IMG/VR virus record: IMGVR_UViG_3300037149_000105
Location: 1-64,000 of that record
Direction: 5' to 3' (one strand)
From: a virus
DNA: 64,000 nt
Every line of letters starts with the position of its first letter. Within the stretch, counting starts at the first letter, position 1. Of this stretch, positions 21,465 through 31,610 are shown piece by piece. The position numbers and the translations under genes are program-made. The notes below the pieces were generated by a model. It was not told the origin of the DNA. It did not search any database and saw only the letters and a program-made list of their open reading frames with translations.

Positions 21465-23375
21465 TTAGGTAGGTAACTGGTACCCGGCGAAGAGCAAACC
21501 GTTCTGAATCTTCACATACCAGCCCCCAATGAAAACCGTTGTACCAGGGAAGAGACCTTGGGGGCTGGTCAAATACATCCCTCTCGTGCAACTTGTAAAT
21601 GCGGTCGGAGTAATCCCGTTATATTGAATGATCTCCCCATCAATAAACAGAAAACCAGTAGTGGGGAAGCCAATCGCATCTGATACGTTTATCGTCGTAT
21701 CAGTGGGGAGCCCTTGAATTGTGATGGCTGTGGTGTAATCGGTGCTTGGGGAAAAAATGACTTGCTCGTCAGAAAGGGAGCCGACAAACTTATACCAGTC
21801 TAGATTTGCGTAGGCGGGGCCAGTAAGTCTAGCTGCTGTAACATTAGAAGAATTGGCAATGTTCGGGTATTGAATAGTGGGGTTGGCAGACATTCGATGC
21901 ACTGAATAAATTAACCCAGAATCCCCTCCGTTAAATAGTCCTTCCCCGTCCATGGACATATTGATTGAAGCAATACCGTTAGTTGCGTAACTTGTATTTC
22001 CAAAATCTTGAATCTGCCCAGGAACTTGATGGTGGGACCAAATGGATGCGGAGTTGTACTGGCCATTATCAATAGGTGCCATACCCCAATAGGCAGTGGA
22101 ATTGCTCCAGGCATTGGCAACTCCCCACCAGTGCGAGGTATAGCCGTAGGCCCCAGTCTGATTCGTAGGCTCATCTGTCCCAACAAATAAATCAATGGGG
22201 GTGCAAGGAATGCTTGAAATATCCGAAATGGGTATTTGTGCAAGAGCAGAGGGATTATCCCCATAACAAGCGTGGACAGGAGTGACGTATGAGCTATTTG
22301 TTTTAATTGCTAATGCAATTCCGCGACTACAAACTTGCAGATAGAATACAAACCCATTAATAAGGTCAATTGTAACTCCATTTACTGGGGCTAATTGAGA
22401 ACCCTGAACCATTGGGGCATTGCAGTAGCTCCCCCTCAGATGTGATGTAATATTTGTGGAGGTTATTGCCACATTGGTGGCTGGAGTTATCTGTGCGGCC
22501 TGGATGTACCCACCCCCTGCGGTGCCTTGAAGAGAAGTAAGCCAAACCCAATTCCAAAGGGCGAAATCAGAATCAGCACTATTTTTTATAGCCTCATATA
22601 GCCCTCTGGCGTTCTGTTCAGCCGTATTTCCAGCAGTTCCGACAAAGGAGACCGTGTTGGCAATATGGACTGAAAGAGTGACTGCCCCTGCCGCTGGCGT
22701 ATCGAACATATACATCTGGGGAAGGGGGGTGAAAAGCTCTGACACCGAAAGCATGTTGATGGAGGAGGAGTTAACAGTGATTCGAAGGACATCTCTGGCC
22801 ACACTATTCCCGATAAACTCAGTCGTCGGAGGGATCATATCTAGGAAGGTAGAGTTTGTCAGCCAATTACCATTCTGGTCTTCAAGAGTCCATTCAGTAA
22901 TGTAGGTATTCGCACCATTTGAGGCACTGACGTTCATTCTCCAATAAGTCTGAGCCGTTGCTCCATAAACAATGTATCTTCTACGCTCCATATTAGTCCA
23001 GACGTTCTGATTTGTCCAGGTCTGTAACGTTTGCCAAGTGGACCCGCTGTTAATACTGTATTCAAGATCGAAGCTGAATGGAGCAGAGCCGCCCCCATCG
23101 TTGTTTACCTGCACGTACATCACAGTTGGGAGAAATGCCGTGGGGGCCACACAACCAATATTGCCGGTGCCACCCCCACCCGCTTGCGTGGTGCTATTCA
23201 TATCAAAAGCGTTGGCTGCGTTTGCCAACGTCCCAAAGGTGGAGTTAGGAATGACAGATTGGCGCACAACCTGCCAGCTACACGCTTGGAGATTGGACTT
23301 CAACATGGACTGCACACCGGCCACTGTGGAGCCAATAGGCATCAGATATGAGAAAAATCCAAGAAACGTTGACAT
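21465..23375 (-). CDS. Virion structural protein with discoidin/F5-8-like carbohydrate-binding insert
   Basis: 636 aa; NAANAFD...SAPFSFDLEYSINSGSTWQTL...TYWRMNVSASNG pattern; C-terminal DTTINVSDAIGFPTTG..FIDGEIIQYNG...CTRG phage structural motif. Confidence 0.65.
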   Translation of the reverse strand: MSTFLGFFSYLMPIGSTVAGVQSMLKSNLQACSWQVVRQSVIPNSTFGTLANAANAFDMNSTTQAGGGGTGNIGCVAPTAFLPTVMYVQVNNDGGGSAPFSFDLEYSINSGSTWQTLQTWTNQNVWTNMERRRYIVYGATAQTYWRMNVSASNGANTYITEWTLEDQNGNWLTNSTFLDMIPPTTEFIGNSVARDVLRITVNSSSINMLSVSELFTPLPQMYMFDTPAAGAVTLSVHIANTVSFVGTAGNTAEQNARGLYEAIKNSADSDFALWNWVWLTSLQGTAGGGYIQAAQITPATNVAITSTNITSHLRGSYCNAPMVQGSQLAPVNGVTIDLINGFVFYLQVCSRGIALAIKTNSSYVTPVHACYGDNPSALAQIPISDISSIPCTPIDLFVGTDEPTNQTGAYGYTSHWWGVANAWSNSTAYWGMAPIDNGQYNSASIWSHHQVPGQIQDFGNTSYATNGIASINMSMDGEGLFNGGDSGLIYSVHRMSANPTIQYPNIANSSNVTAARLTGPAYANLDWYKFVGSLSDEQVIFSPSTDYTTAITIQGLPTDTTINVSDAIGFPTTGFLFIDGEIIQYNGITPTAFTSCTRGMYLTSPQGLFPGTTVFIGGWYVKIQNGLLFAGYQLPT

Positions 23376-23384
23376 TCTTACTCC

Positions 23385-24380
23385 TCACTGCAACTTTAGG
23401 GTTTGCATTGTAATTGTTATAACTGCTGGGACCGTCCCGGTATTCTGAATGGAGATATACATATTTTGGTTTACCGGAGAGTCCTGGTTAGCCAGAGTAG
23501 GCATCGGGGAATTGATCCAACTCAAAACCCCAGGTATCATGACCATTTCCAGGTAAAGACCGTTATTTCCCGTGGCTTTTATAGAAGCGGGTCGGGAAAA
23601 ATCCATCGTGGCTAATTGTTGTGTCCCGTATATTCGGAATCGACAAGCTACGTTTGAATAGACATTCCTGATCTGGAACTGGTAAGCCTGCATTGGGACG
23701 GTGTAGACGGCTCCCTGTCCTACCCCTAGAGATCCGGTGGTGTAGACGATGGTGAAGGGTTGCATCAACGCAAACCCCACCCCTACCTGGACCCCCACCT
23801 CAATTTTAATGAGACCTGAAGTAGCTGAATCTGCAACAAAAAGGGGTTTAGATACTTCGCTTTGTAATGCGGGGCGATTCAACATCATCTGACCCGGAGT
23901 GGTATCAGATAAAAAGTAAACATTACCTGGGACCAACCCACTCATACCTGAAATATGACCTTGAGTTGTTAGAATGAACTGGTTTGCCGAGGGAACTGAT
24001 GTAACCATCCCCTCAACTTCGGAAGAGGCGAAAGCAGTAGCGGATGCTAGAGCCCATATGGATCCATTAAAAAATAGCCACTGTCCTGCGAGAAAGCCAT
24101 GGGCCGTTTGATTAACAACGAAAGATCCACTCCCAGTGATATTGGTCCAATTTATATCAAGAATACCACCCTGCAACTGCCATGTCTGTTGGTCACTGGC
24201 CGTATAGCAAGTCATTCCCTCGCGTCTACGATTAGGGGGAATCGCATTACGAGCAGTCTCACCCGCTACTTCATGCCCACCACCCAAACCGAACTGGGAA
24301 TCGTGAGTCGGGTACATATCCGTAAGGCTACTTGGGCTCATATACCCAGTGACTTGAACACCACCAGGAAAATCAGACAT
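23385..24380 (-). CDS. Structural adaptor: cement-like domain plus the same C-terminal domain as the 2188-aa fibre
   Basis: QTAHGF...GLVPGNVYFLSDTTPG...VSKPLFVADSATSG; C-terminal R.R.YGT...AT.D.SRP.SI..TG..G.YLE. Confidence 0.7.
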   Translation of the reverse strand: MSDFPGGVQVTGYMSPSSLTDMYPTHDSQFGLGGGHEVAGETARNAIPPNRRREGMTCYTASDQQTWQLQGGILDINWTNITGSGSFVVNQTAHGFLAGQWLFFNGSIWALASATAFASSEVEGMVTSVPSANQFILTTQGHISGMSGLVPGNVYFLSDTTPGQMMLNRPALQSEVSKPLFVADSATSGLIKIEVGVQVGVGFALMQPFTIVYTTGSLGVGQGAVYTVPMQAYQFQIRNVYSNVACRFRIYGTQQLATMDFSRPASIKATGNNGLYLEMVMIPGVLSWINSPMPTLANQDSPVNQNMYISIQNTGTVPAVITITMQTLKLQ

Positions 24381-24546
24381 CTAACTCTCCTTTTTTAACT
24401 AATAGTGCAAACTCATAATAATCGTTTGCAGTAAAATGCTTAAATCCATAAATATGGTGGAATTTTTTGTGTACATACCCCAATTTTTTATAAAATTCCT
24501 TATTACGACCCACAATTGTCACTGAGGCTGTTTTACTTATAAGCAT
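24373..24546 (-). pseudogene. 57-aa mini-ORF, probable internally deleted HNH homing endonuclease
   Basis: Below the track cutoff; GAGGAGG RBS; MLISKTASVTIVGRNKEFYKKLGY joined to VHKKFHHIYGFKHFTANDYYEF; AT-rich island. Confidence 0.6.
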
Positions 24547-24555
24547 CAAGCCTCC

Positions 24556-25578
24556 TCATGATATCACCACGTTAAGTGCCCCACCAATTTGGTAATAAGT
24601 CCCAAAAACATTATAATTTATAGAGATGCCATATGAGTTTATTACTGTAATTATGTAGGGGATGCTGAATGGTACGTTCAAATTAGTGCTTTGATCTTTG
24701 AAAGCAATTGGGGTTCCCATAGAAACCGGGAAACAAAGGTACTTAAACTCTCCTGGTGAAGCAATAAAGTCGTAGATTCCGGGGAAAGCAGATTGTAGTC
24801 CGCTAACCCGAAGTCCCGTGATATCAGAAGCAGCTAGTAAGGAAGAAGAACTTTCTCCATAATATACCCTGTCATACCAAGAAATGGTGAAATTAGCGGA
24901 AAATGTATCACTTTCTGAATCAATTCCGGTTATTCTAAAGTTTTCTGAGCTTACAGAGGTCTTAGTGACCCCTGCATATGTTGCGGAGAACGGAGAAGTC
25001 AGTGAGAGTCCGGTCCCCAACGTGACAGAGGCGGTAGTGTCTGAAATTGCAACCGTATTGGCCACCGCATTGCTCAGATTTGTAACGGACCATGCGAACA
25101 CTGGGTTAGCAGAGCTTGTGGCCCCAACTTCCAGAGAAGTGCTCTGAGATTCGATAGAAAATCCTGAGAAAGCTGGAGTTTGATAAGGATTCCCCCCTCC
25201 CCCACCCCCTCCTCCGCCAATTTTGACATACCCAGAAGTGGGGCTGTCCGCGACGAAAAGGGGCATAACACTTGTCCCCGAAACGGGGCTCATCCCACCG
25301 GGGGTACCGTTGGAGAGGTAGTAGAGGGCTCCGGGGGATAAGCCGGTTAGGCCAACTGAAGAGTCCACATAACCTTCGAGCGTCAAGACAAACACATCAA
25401 CCGTGGCAACCGCACTAACCATACCGATAATCACTGAGGAACTGGCGTTATTTGCCTGCCCCAAAGCGTAGGCGGTGCCGTTAAACCAAAGCCAGTCCCC
25501 CACAGCGAAGCCATGAGCAGTTTGGGTAATTTGCTTTACGCTTGCCTGAAGGGCACTTAATTGATTTGGATTATTCAC
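24556..25578 (-). CDS. Structural protein with N-terminal cement-like domain, poly-Gly linker and beta-rich C-terminus
   Basis: QITQTAHGFAVGDWLWFNG...GLSPGALYYLS; likely GTG start at 25578 after AGGGAG. Confidence 0.7.
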   Translation of the reverse strand: MNNPNQLSALQASVKQITQTAHGFAVGDWLWFNGTAYALGQANNASSSVIIGMVSAVATVDVFVLTLEGYVDSSVGLTGLSPGALYYLSNGTPGGMSPVSGTSVMPLFVADSPTSGYVKIGGGGGGGGGNPYQTPAFSGFSIESQSTSLEVGATSSANPVFAWSVTNLSNAVANTVAISDTTASVTLGTGLSLTSPFSATYAGVTKTSVSSENFRITGIDSESDTFSANFTISWYDRVYYGESSSSLLAASDITGLRVSGLQSAFPGIYDFIASPGEFKYLCFPVSMGTPIAFKDQSTNLNVPFSIPYIITVINSYGISINYNVFGTYYQIGGALNVVIS

Positions 25579-25625
25579 CTGACTCGGCTCCCTCAACAAA
25601 GGGTTGAGAAGTGAGAAAACCTTTG

Positions 25626-28600
25626 TTATGAAGCGTGAGCAGTTCCGGCAGTTGGCAGAAGGAAATTTAGCACGATGGTTCCGACCCCATCAAACGTCAA
25701 ATCACGAGCCACATCATTCCCATTTGTGTCAATGACAGAAATATTGACATAATGACCTGTGGGATTGGGGAAAGTCCAAGTGAGTGCCGGAGTTGTTTGG
25801 ATATATTCGAAGTATTTAACCAAACGCCCCCCATTTCCGCCCGTATCCATGGGGATGTTTGGCTGGTAGATGAATTTATCCACATCAGTTGCACGACCTA
25901 CCGCAATAATCCATCGGCAATTAGTGTTAACGTAATTGAAGTCATGAGTCAGTAAACCACCAGGGCCAACATAAAGAATTTGACCAGGAAGGAGGTTCCC
26001 AGAGGAGGCCAACGGAGTTGTATTGGAACCTGCCACCCCGGAAGGAGAAGCACTGGCCTGTATGGGCATGACCGTAGAGGTGGTGATCTGATACTCCTGG
26101 CCATACATCAGGGCTGTCGAAACCGTCTGATTGGCCGCAGCGTTGTTCAGGACCACCCCATCATAGTAAGGGGTATCAGGCTGGTCTATCTCCGGAGTAA
26201 TCGGAAGGGCCTTTCCATCGGCATTTGTGTAGACTGCGGTCAACGAAACCAATGGAGTGGCGGCGGGTTGCTGCTTAACCCCACTCCCTAGAATACCCCA
26301 TGTATATTTTCCATACACCGGTTCCATATCTGTCCCAGATAGTTTGAGGTTAGAAGTGATTTTTGATATTAACTGGTCTACTGAGACCGCCGCAGTGGAC
26401 TCAGAGGTGTCTGAGGTGGTGGGGATGGTGCTGATGCCACCAGATTGAATGATTTGACCATCGGCGGAGACGGTAAATCCATAAGAGGAAGTGTCCAATG
26501 TGAAGGCTAGGCACTGGAAGTTGAAATTAGGTAAAAGTGTAGCGGGGCTTTGGCCATTTGTGGAGGCGTAAATCTGCACTGTGTCATTTTTATTGAAAAT
26601 TATCGTCTCATTCAATTGAATCGTAACCTGATCAATCACGTTATGTGATGCCTGCGTGAAGACAGGGACTCCGTTAATCCAGATTTGAACCTCGCGTACG
26701 GCTGGGACGGTCAATGCTCCAAAAATGTAGGTTCCGGTCAACAGATAACTCCCAGCGGTTTGAATAGTGAATAGTCCGGAAGAAGTGACGTTCCCAACGA
26801 TGTCTAAAGGGGTGGTATCGAAGCGAAGTAATGATGTGGTCGATGGACTGATGGAGGCCCCAACACTACTGGAAACCTGGAAACCCTGAATCACTGAATT
26901 CGCAACGATGGCCTTCAAATTAGATATCTCTTGTGAGGCGACAGCGATAGATTTGTTTCCATTATTCAACGCAGTGGCCCAGGCGCTGTTTAGGTCCAGC
27001 ATAGTAAGTTGAGTGGTGACAGGGAGGGACTGAATGTCTGGGCGGCTAAGGAAAGTCTGGGCATCAAACGTTAAATTAGGGGAAATTCCATTCCAACCTG
27101 CTGATTGGTCGTCTGGAGGAACCCAAAGTCCCTGAGCATTGGCACTTGTATCAATTGCTGTGGGGAGATTGATCACATCAACCCCAGGAACCCATCCGGA
27201 GGAACGTGTGATTGCATCCGTATAGAGATAAGTGTAGAGAGCAATGTCCCCTAGTGGATTGACAGCCGAATCTATGGTCTGCCAATAATTCATCACGTAG
27301 GGCAGTGCCGCTGGGCTCTCTGAATTTGAATTGCTGGAAGCTACCAATGTGTTGAAACTTGCCGCCCACTCACGCCAGTATTGACTGTACCGATCCACTT
27401 CAGTTGCAATGGCAAACTGGTCGTATATGAAACGATAGCTTGGATTTTGGGACTGAAATTGTGAATTATTCTGAATAGCGGTCTGACCAACTGCGATTGC
27501 GGCATTAACTTGCTTAGTCCAAGCGGGGTCAATCATAATAGTTGAGGGATAAGCAGCTAGCCCATCAGAATTTAACGTAATCGCTAGGCTACGAGTGCCA
27601 ATAGTGGTTTCCGAAAAGTCTAATGCCCCATCCGTATAGCCAAAAAATGAAGAAATGGCTGAAGAATCCCATGTGGTATTGCGCGTGTACCCTAGAAGAG
27701 AGGCTTCCACATAGGATAGCTGCCAAAGAAGAACGCTGAGTTCTGGATCTTGCATACTATTAAGGACAGCAAGAATAGGGAGGTCGGAAGGCCCACTAAG
27801 GATATTATTTGGATCCAGACCGTTCCATGGGGTGGGGGTGTTCTGCAAATAAGCAATGGAGGGGGCAATATACTGCTGGTAAGTAGCCTCATATTCTGGA
27901 ATCCAAGAACCAGCCCGACCCTGACGGCACAGGTAGAGATAGATGATCCATGCGGCAGAAATGTTAGAGTCTCGGTTAGCATTTACTTGTCCGAGGTTGA
28001 TAGCAGAAACTATATCAGTCTTAAAGATGGCTGAATCCACAGTCGGGGCAATCGGCAGGTTAGCCGCAGAGGCTATGTTTGCAATATACACCGCTGACGG
28101 CAGGTTATAGTTGTTTATAATGGATGCTGGGGCTGGCAGGGAGCCTTGGAAGTCAGTTGTGGGGTTGAATGAGGATGGGTAGAGGGGGGTTGTGGTAGTT
28201 GGGGGGTTTAAGAATAGAGATTGGAATTCAGGGTCAGCCTGTTGATCCGAAGAGACAACAAAGCCAGCGAATGGACCACTACCAGGAGCATCCGGAGTGC
28301 CTAGGGCTGGGTTGACGGGTAGGGTAACCGAGGGGGCCACTGATCCTGCGGTTACGGGGGTTGGGGAAACGAATGAGGCCGAAGCGATTGGTGAAGTCGC
28401 ATTCGTAATCGTATTTCCGTATGGGGATATGGCAATCCCCGGAGAGTAAAATGGTTTGGGAGACTGAATCGAGCATTGTGGAAATGTGAAATGTAAATTC
28501 ATTGAAGGGAGCCCAAGTTTCAGCCCCTTAAGATTGAATCCCTGGAAATTAAATAGATTTCCGAGCAAAAATGCGAGAGATGGGAGTTTCGGAAGATGAA

Positions 28601-29039
28601 AATTGCAAATCTGGCTCAAAAGCAAAGCAATGGCGTTAAGAATCGACTGAATCATCGCAACCATGTTACGAATCATGGTTTCGATCAGAGCGATGATATT
28701 AATGATGGCTTGAACGGTCTTGATTACATTATCGATAAACGTAACCATCTGTTTGATGAACACAATGACTTGGGCAATGCAGGCCGGAGGGGCGGAGGTT
28801 GGTGGTAGAGCCGCCAACATGGCGTTGATAATATGATTCAATTCAGATTTAATCCATTGCATCAATTCCTGCTCCATCTTCTTTACTTCATAGATGAGTT
28901 GACCGATTTCCTGTTCAACCATTCTCCCATCAGTCATGGCCGTATGATACTGGCTTTCAATCCAGGGTAGGCATGGAACATTTGCAGGCTGGCTTACACC
29001 AGCCGGAGCGTTAATGGGGAGAAAAGTAGAGGCAGGCAT
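25626..29039 (-). CDS. Large baseplate/tail-associated structural protein with a C1q/BclA-like domain
   Basis: 1137 aa; LRFDT...SGLFTIQTAGSYLLTG...NDTVQIYA pattern; follows the spike gene. Confidence 0.55.
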   Translation of the reverse strand: MPASTFLPINAPAGVSQPANVPCLPWIESQYHTAMTDGRMVEQEIGQLIYEVKKMEQELMQWIKSELNHIINAMLAALPPTSAPPACIAQVIVFIKQMVTFIDNVIKTVQAIINIIALIETMIRNMVAMIQSILNAIALLLSQICNFHLPKLPSLAFLLGNLFNFQGFNLKGLKLGLPSMNLHFTFPQCSIQSPKPFYSPGIAISPYGNTITNATSPIASASFVSPTPVTAGSVAPSVTLPVNPALGTPDAPGSGPFAGFVVSSDQQADPEFQSLFLNPPTTTTPLYPSSFNPTTDFQGSLPAPASIINNYNLPSAVYIANIASAANLPIAPTVDSAIFKTDIVSAINLGQVNANRDSNISAAWIIYLYLCRQGRAGSWIPEYEATYQQYIAPSIAYLQNTPTPWNGLDPNNILSGPSDLPILAVLNSMQDPELSVLLWQLSYVEASLLGYTRNTTWDSSAISSFFGYTDGALDFSETTIGTRSLAITLNSDGLAAYPSTIMIDPAWTKQVNAAIAVGQTAIQNNSQFQSQNPSYRFIYDQFAIATEVDRYSQYWREWAASFNTLVASSNSNSESPAALPYVMNYWQTIDSAVNPLGDIALYTYLYTDAITRSSGWVPGVDVINLPTAIDTSANAQGLWVPPDDQSAGWNGISPNLTFDAQTFLSRPDIQSLPVTTQLTMLDLNSAWATALNNGNKSIAVASQEISNLKAIVANSVIQGFQVSSSVGASISPSTTSLLRFDTTPLDIVGNVTSSGLFTIQTAGSYLLTGTYIFGALTVPAVREVQIWINGVPVFTQASHNVIDQVTIQLNETIIFNKNDTVQIYASTNGQSPATLLPNFNFQCLAFTLDTSSYGFTVSADGQIIQSGGISTIPTTSDTSESTAAVSVDQLISKITSNLKLSGTDMEPVYGKYTWGILGSGVKQQPAATPLVSLTAVYTNADGKALPITPEIDQPDTPYYDGVVLNNAAANQTVSTALMYGQEYQITTSTVMPIQASASPSGVAGSNTTPLASSGNLLPGQILYVGPGGLLTHDFNYVNTNCRWIIAVGRATDVDKFIYQPNIPMDTGGNGGRLVKYFEYIQTTPALTWTFPNPTGHYVNISVIDTNGNDVARDLTFDGVGTIVLNFLLPTAGTAHAS

Positions 29040-29042
29040 GGG

Positions 29043-31607
29043 TTAATTACCACCAGTCGGGGAGAGGAAAGAAGGGGAGGAGGGGTTTGTCGATGGGAGA
29101 GAGTCATCTGTCTGATTGATCACATCCGCACCACCCTCATATTGCTGAATTCCACCTGTTCCGGACTCTCGATAGTTGATAGAATTGCCAACATCCAGAA
29201 TAGCGGTTGCTCTTCGAATGTCAGCCGTGTGGGTCAGAGCGAGTCGATGATTAGTTTCAGAAATTATGTCCCCCGTAACATTGAGGTGGAGATTTCCTTT
29301 AATTACAATGTCCACATCTCCGTTAATTTCCAATCGGATCGCCTTGGTGTAATTTGAAGCAGAGCTTGTCTGATTTGAACCAATCGTGGCCTCAATCGCC
29401 CCATCCAACTGTGCGATAAGCGAACGACCCATGCTATCCGCCCCAATGGCAGCAAGAATAGCCCCAGCTAAATCGAATGTGGCAGAGAGGCCCACATTAT
29501 CATTCTTTCCGGCTCGAACGAATAGATCCCGAACCGCATGGATATCGGCAGAACTTCCCAGATAGTCCACAAACCCCCCCGTTGCATCCCCGGCCCATGA
29601 ATCATAGGGAGAGATGCCAATCGGTGGGGCATTTCCAAGCAGGGGTTGACCAACTTTGGTCAAATCGTGAAACTGGTAGATCGTATCTAGGGCTGCGCCT
29701 CTGGTTGCGGTTGAAGCAAGCTGGTACACGGGGCGATTGGGACTACGGGAGTCTAGGCGATTTGAATCTGTGATGGAGTAAGGGGTTTTACCTTGACCAT
29801 CTTGATAACCGTTAAAGAAGTGACGGCGTTTTGAGCCCTTGTTCCTACCACCAAGACGGAGAACCATACCACCATCCAATGCGGCTCTGAGACTCACATT
29901 CTCTGCTCCAGTCTTCGCACTAAGATTTCCTGCGTCTCCAGGATTCAGCTTCACTCCAGTGGTTGTACCCGTAAGGGGATTTTTAAACTGAGCGCCCCAA
30001 TATTGAAGAGAGCGATCTGTGACCATATCCTTCAGCCCCCGAATTTGTGTCTGAGATACACGGCGGAAGTTGGGAACGGAAGCGTCATCAGCACCAAGAC
30101 GGAGAACCGCACCCCCGGTGGTTTGAATGTCCAAACTTTCTTCTTCATCCCGGTTTTTACCAACCACCAGCTTGACCGAACCAGTGAAATTACCTTCAAG
30201 AGAGCGACCCGCACCATGAGGATGCTCATATTTGCCTGAATCCCAGACGATATTCTCTTTAGGGAGGGTTGAGCCAATCTCAAACAGGGCCATCCCCTCT
30301 TTGGTGACTTCAAAACGAGTCGTATTGTATTCATAGGGAAACCGGAGGGACCAAGCGGAGGCGGCTAGACGGGCCTCAGACTGGTCAGTCATCTTGGTGA
30401 TCGCAGAGTAGCCGGACATCGTATCCGCAGCAAAGCGGCCCGCTGTGGTGAGCGGAAACACCATCGGCTTGAGCACCTTCCCATAGGTGGTAGCATCAAA
30501 CATATTGGATCCGACGACCGTTCCTTCGGCTTTTTCAATAATCCATCCTCTGCGACGAGGGGTGGGGCCGTCATTCAAGGCTGGGCCGACTCCAGGGTTC
30601 TCAATGGGGTTGTTGGGGTGATCCCATGGTTGTGCGAAGGGCCATGCCTGATCTTCCACATACATGCTTTCTGGAGTAGAGGTGTACTCCGACTCATCAA
30701 GCACGGTGGTGCGGCTCCACCAATCCGGATTGGGTTGTACGGTGCCGAGAATCTTATCCCACATGTCTGTTTCATAGATTTCATGGGGAACCGGATAGTC
30801 CAACCCAAACTCTTGAATTTTCTCCACATGTTCAACAAATGGAATCATATCCTGGACAAGGAGGTCATTCTGCCCGTAATAACGAGCCGCCCAGTCAGTT
30901 ACGGTAGGATTCAGATACAAAATCCATTCCTTGGACCCATCTGGAAGGATGTGTGGGGTGATATCAGGTAGCACACCGGATGGAGATGTCTTGGAAACCG
31001 CTTGAGGACGATGCACAAACCCAGTGTATTCGAGGGAGGCATCCGTTCTGGTGATTTGCCGTCCGGTGCTGGATATACGAGTGCGGCGGAACGGATCCAA
31101 TTGGTCACGGCTCAGGTCCATTGCGGCTTGATCCCAGCCGTTGGCGAACTTTGCTGTGTAGCCGTCTGTCTTGGCAATCGTGTGTTGACCCGGATAGGCT
31201 TTGCGATAGACTCCACGGGATCTATCCGTCCATTCTCCTAGGGGTTCGGTAGCAGTGAGTAAGGCACGTTGTGCGACCGCATCCTGAGAAGCCGTAGTTG
31301 AAGAGAGGAAGTAAGATATAATAACATGTTGAGAGAACCCCTTACTCCACTCCACCGTTGCAGCGAGACAAGCAGTACCTTCTTCAGGCATATCAACGTC
31401 AGTGCCTTCGACTGAAGAGGAGTTTGCAGGAAATGCCGAGACATCTTGGTAGATTTGATTGTGCCGGAGGTCGCGTATTGCTACAACTTTGCGTTCATAG
31501 TCAACCCGCACTATAATTGCAGGGAATATTTGGTATTGTTCATCAGAGCGGGTGGCCTCAGCTAATGTAGGCTTGGCTGGTGCTTTACGAAAAGACTCTA
31601 AAACCAT
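29043..31607 (-). CDS. Baseplate central spike-like protein (gp5/gpV/VgrG-type)
   Basis: N-terminal OB-fold-like IVRVDYERKVV...DMPEEGTACL and C-terminal beta-helix-like LEINGDVDIVIKGNLHLNVTGDI; synteny. Confidence 0.6.
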   Translation of the reverse strand: MVLESFRKAPAKPTLAEATRSDEQYQIFPAIIVRVDYERKVVAIRDLRHNQIYQDVSAFPANSSSVEGTDVDMPEEGTACLAATVEWSKGFSQHVIISYFLSSTTASQDAVAQRALLTATEPLGEWTDRSRGVYRKAYPGQHTIAKTDGYTAKFANGWDQAAMDLSRDQLDPFRRTRISSTGRQITRTDASLEYTGFVHRPQAVSKTSPSGVLPDITPHILPDGSKEWILYLNPTVTDWAARYYGQNDLLVQDMIPFVEHVEKIQEFGLDYPVPHEIYETDMWDKILGTVQPNPDWWSRTTVLDESEYTSTPESMYVEDQAWPFAQPWDHPNNPIENPGVGPALNDGPTPRRRGWIIEKAEGTVVGSNMFDATTYGKVLKPMVFPLTTAGRFAADTMSGYSAITKMTDQSEARLAASAWSLRFPYEYNTTRFEVTKEGMALFEIGSTLPKENIVWDSGKYEHPHGAGRSLEGNFTGSVKLVVGKNRDEEESLDIQTTGGAVLRLGADDASVPNFRRVSQTQIRGLKDMVTDRSLQYWGAQFKNPLTGTTTGVKLNPGDAGNLSAKTGAENVSLRAALDGGMVLRLGGRNKGSKRRHFFNGYQDGQGKTPYSITDSNRLDSRSPNRPVYQLASTATRGAALDTIYQFHDLTKVGQPLLGNAPPIGISPYDSWAGDATGGFVDYLGSSADIHAVRDLFVRAGKNDNVGLSATFDLAGAILAAIGADSMGRSLIAQLDGAIEATIGSNQTSSASNYTKAIRLEINGDVDIVIKGNLHLNVTGDIISETNHRLALTHTADIRRATAILDVGNSINYRESGTGGIQQYEGGADVINQTDDSLPSTNPSSPSFLSPTGGN

Positions 31608-31610
31608 TTA

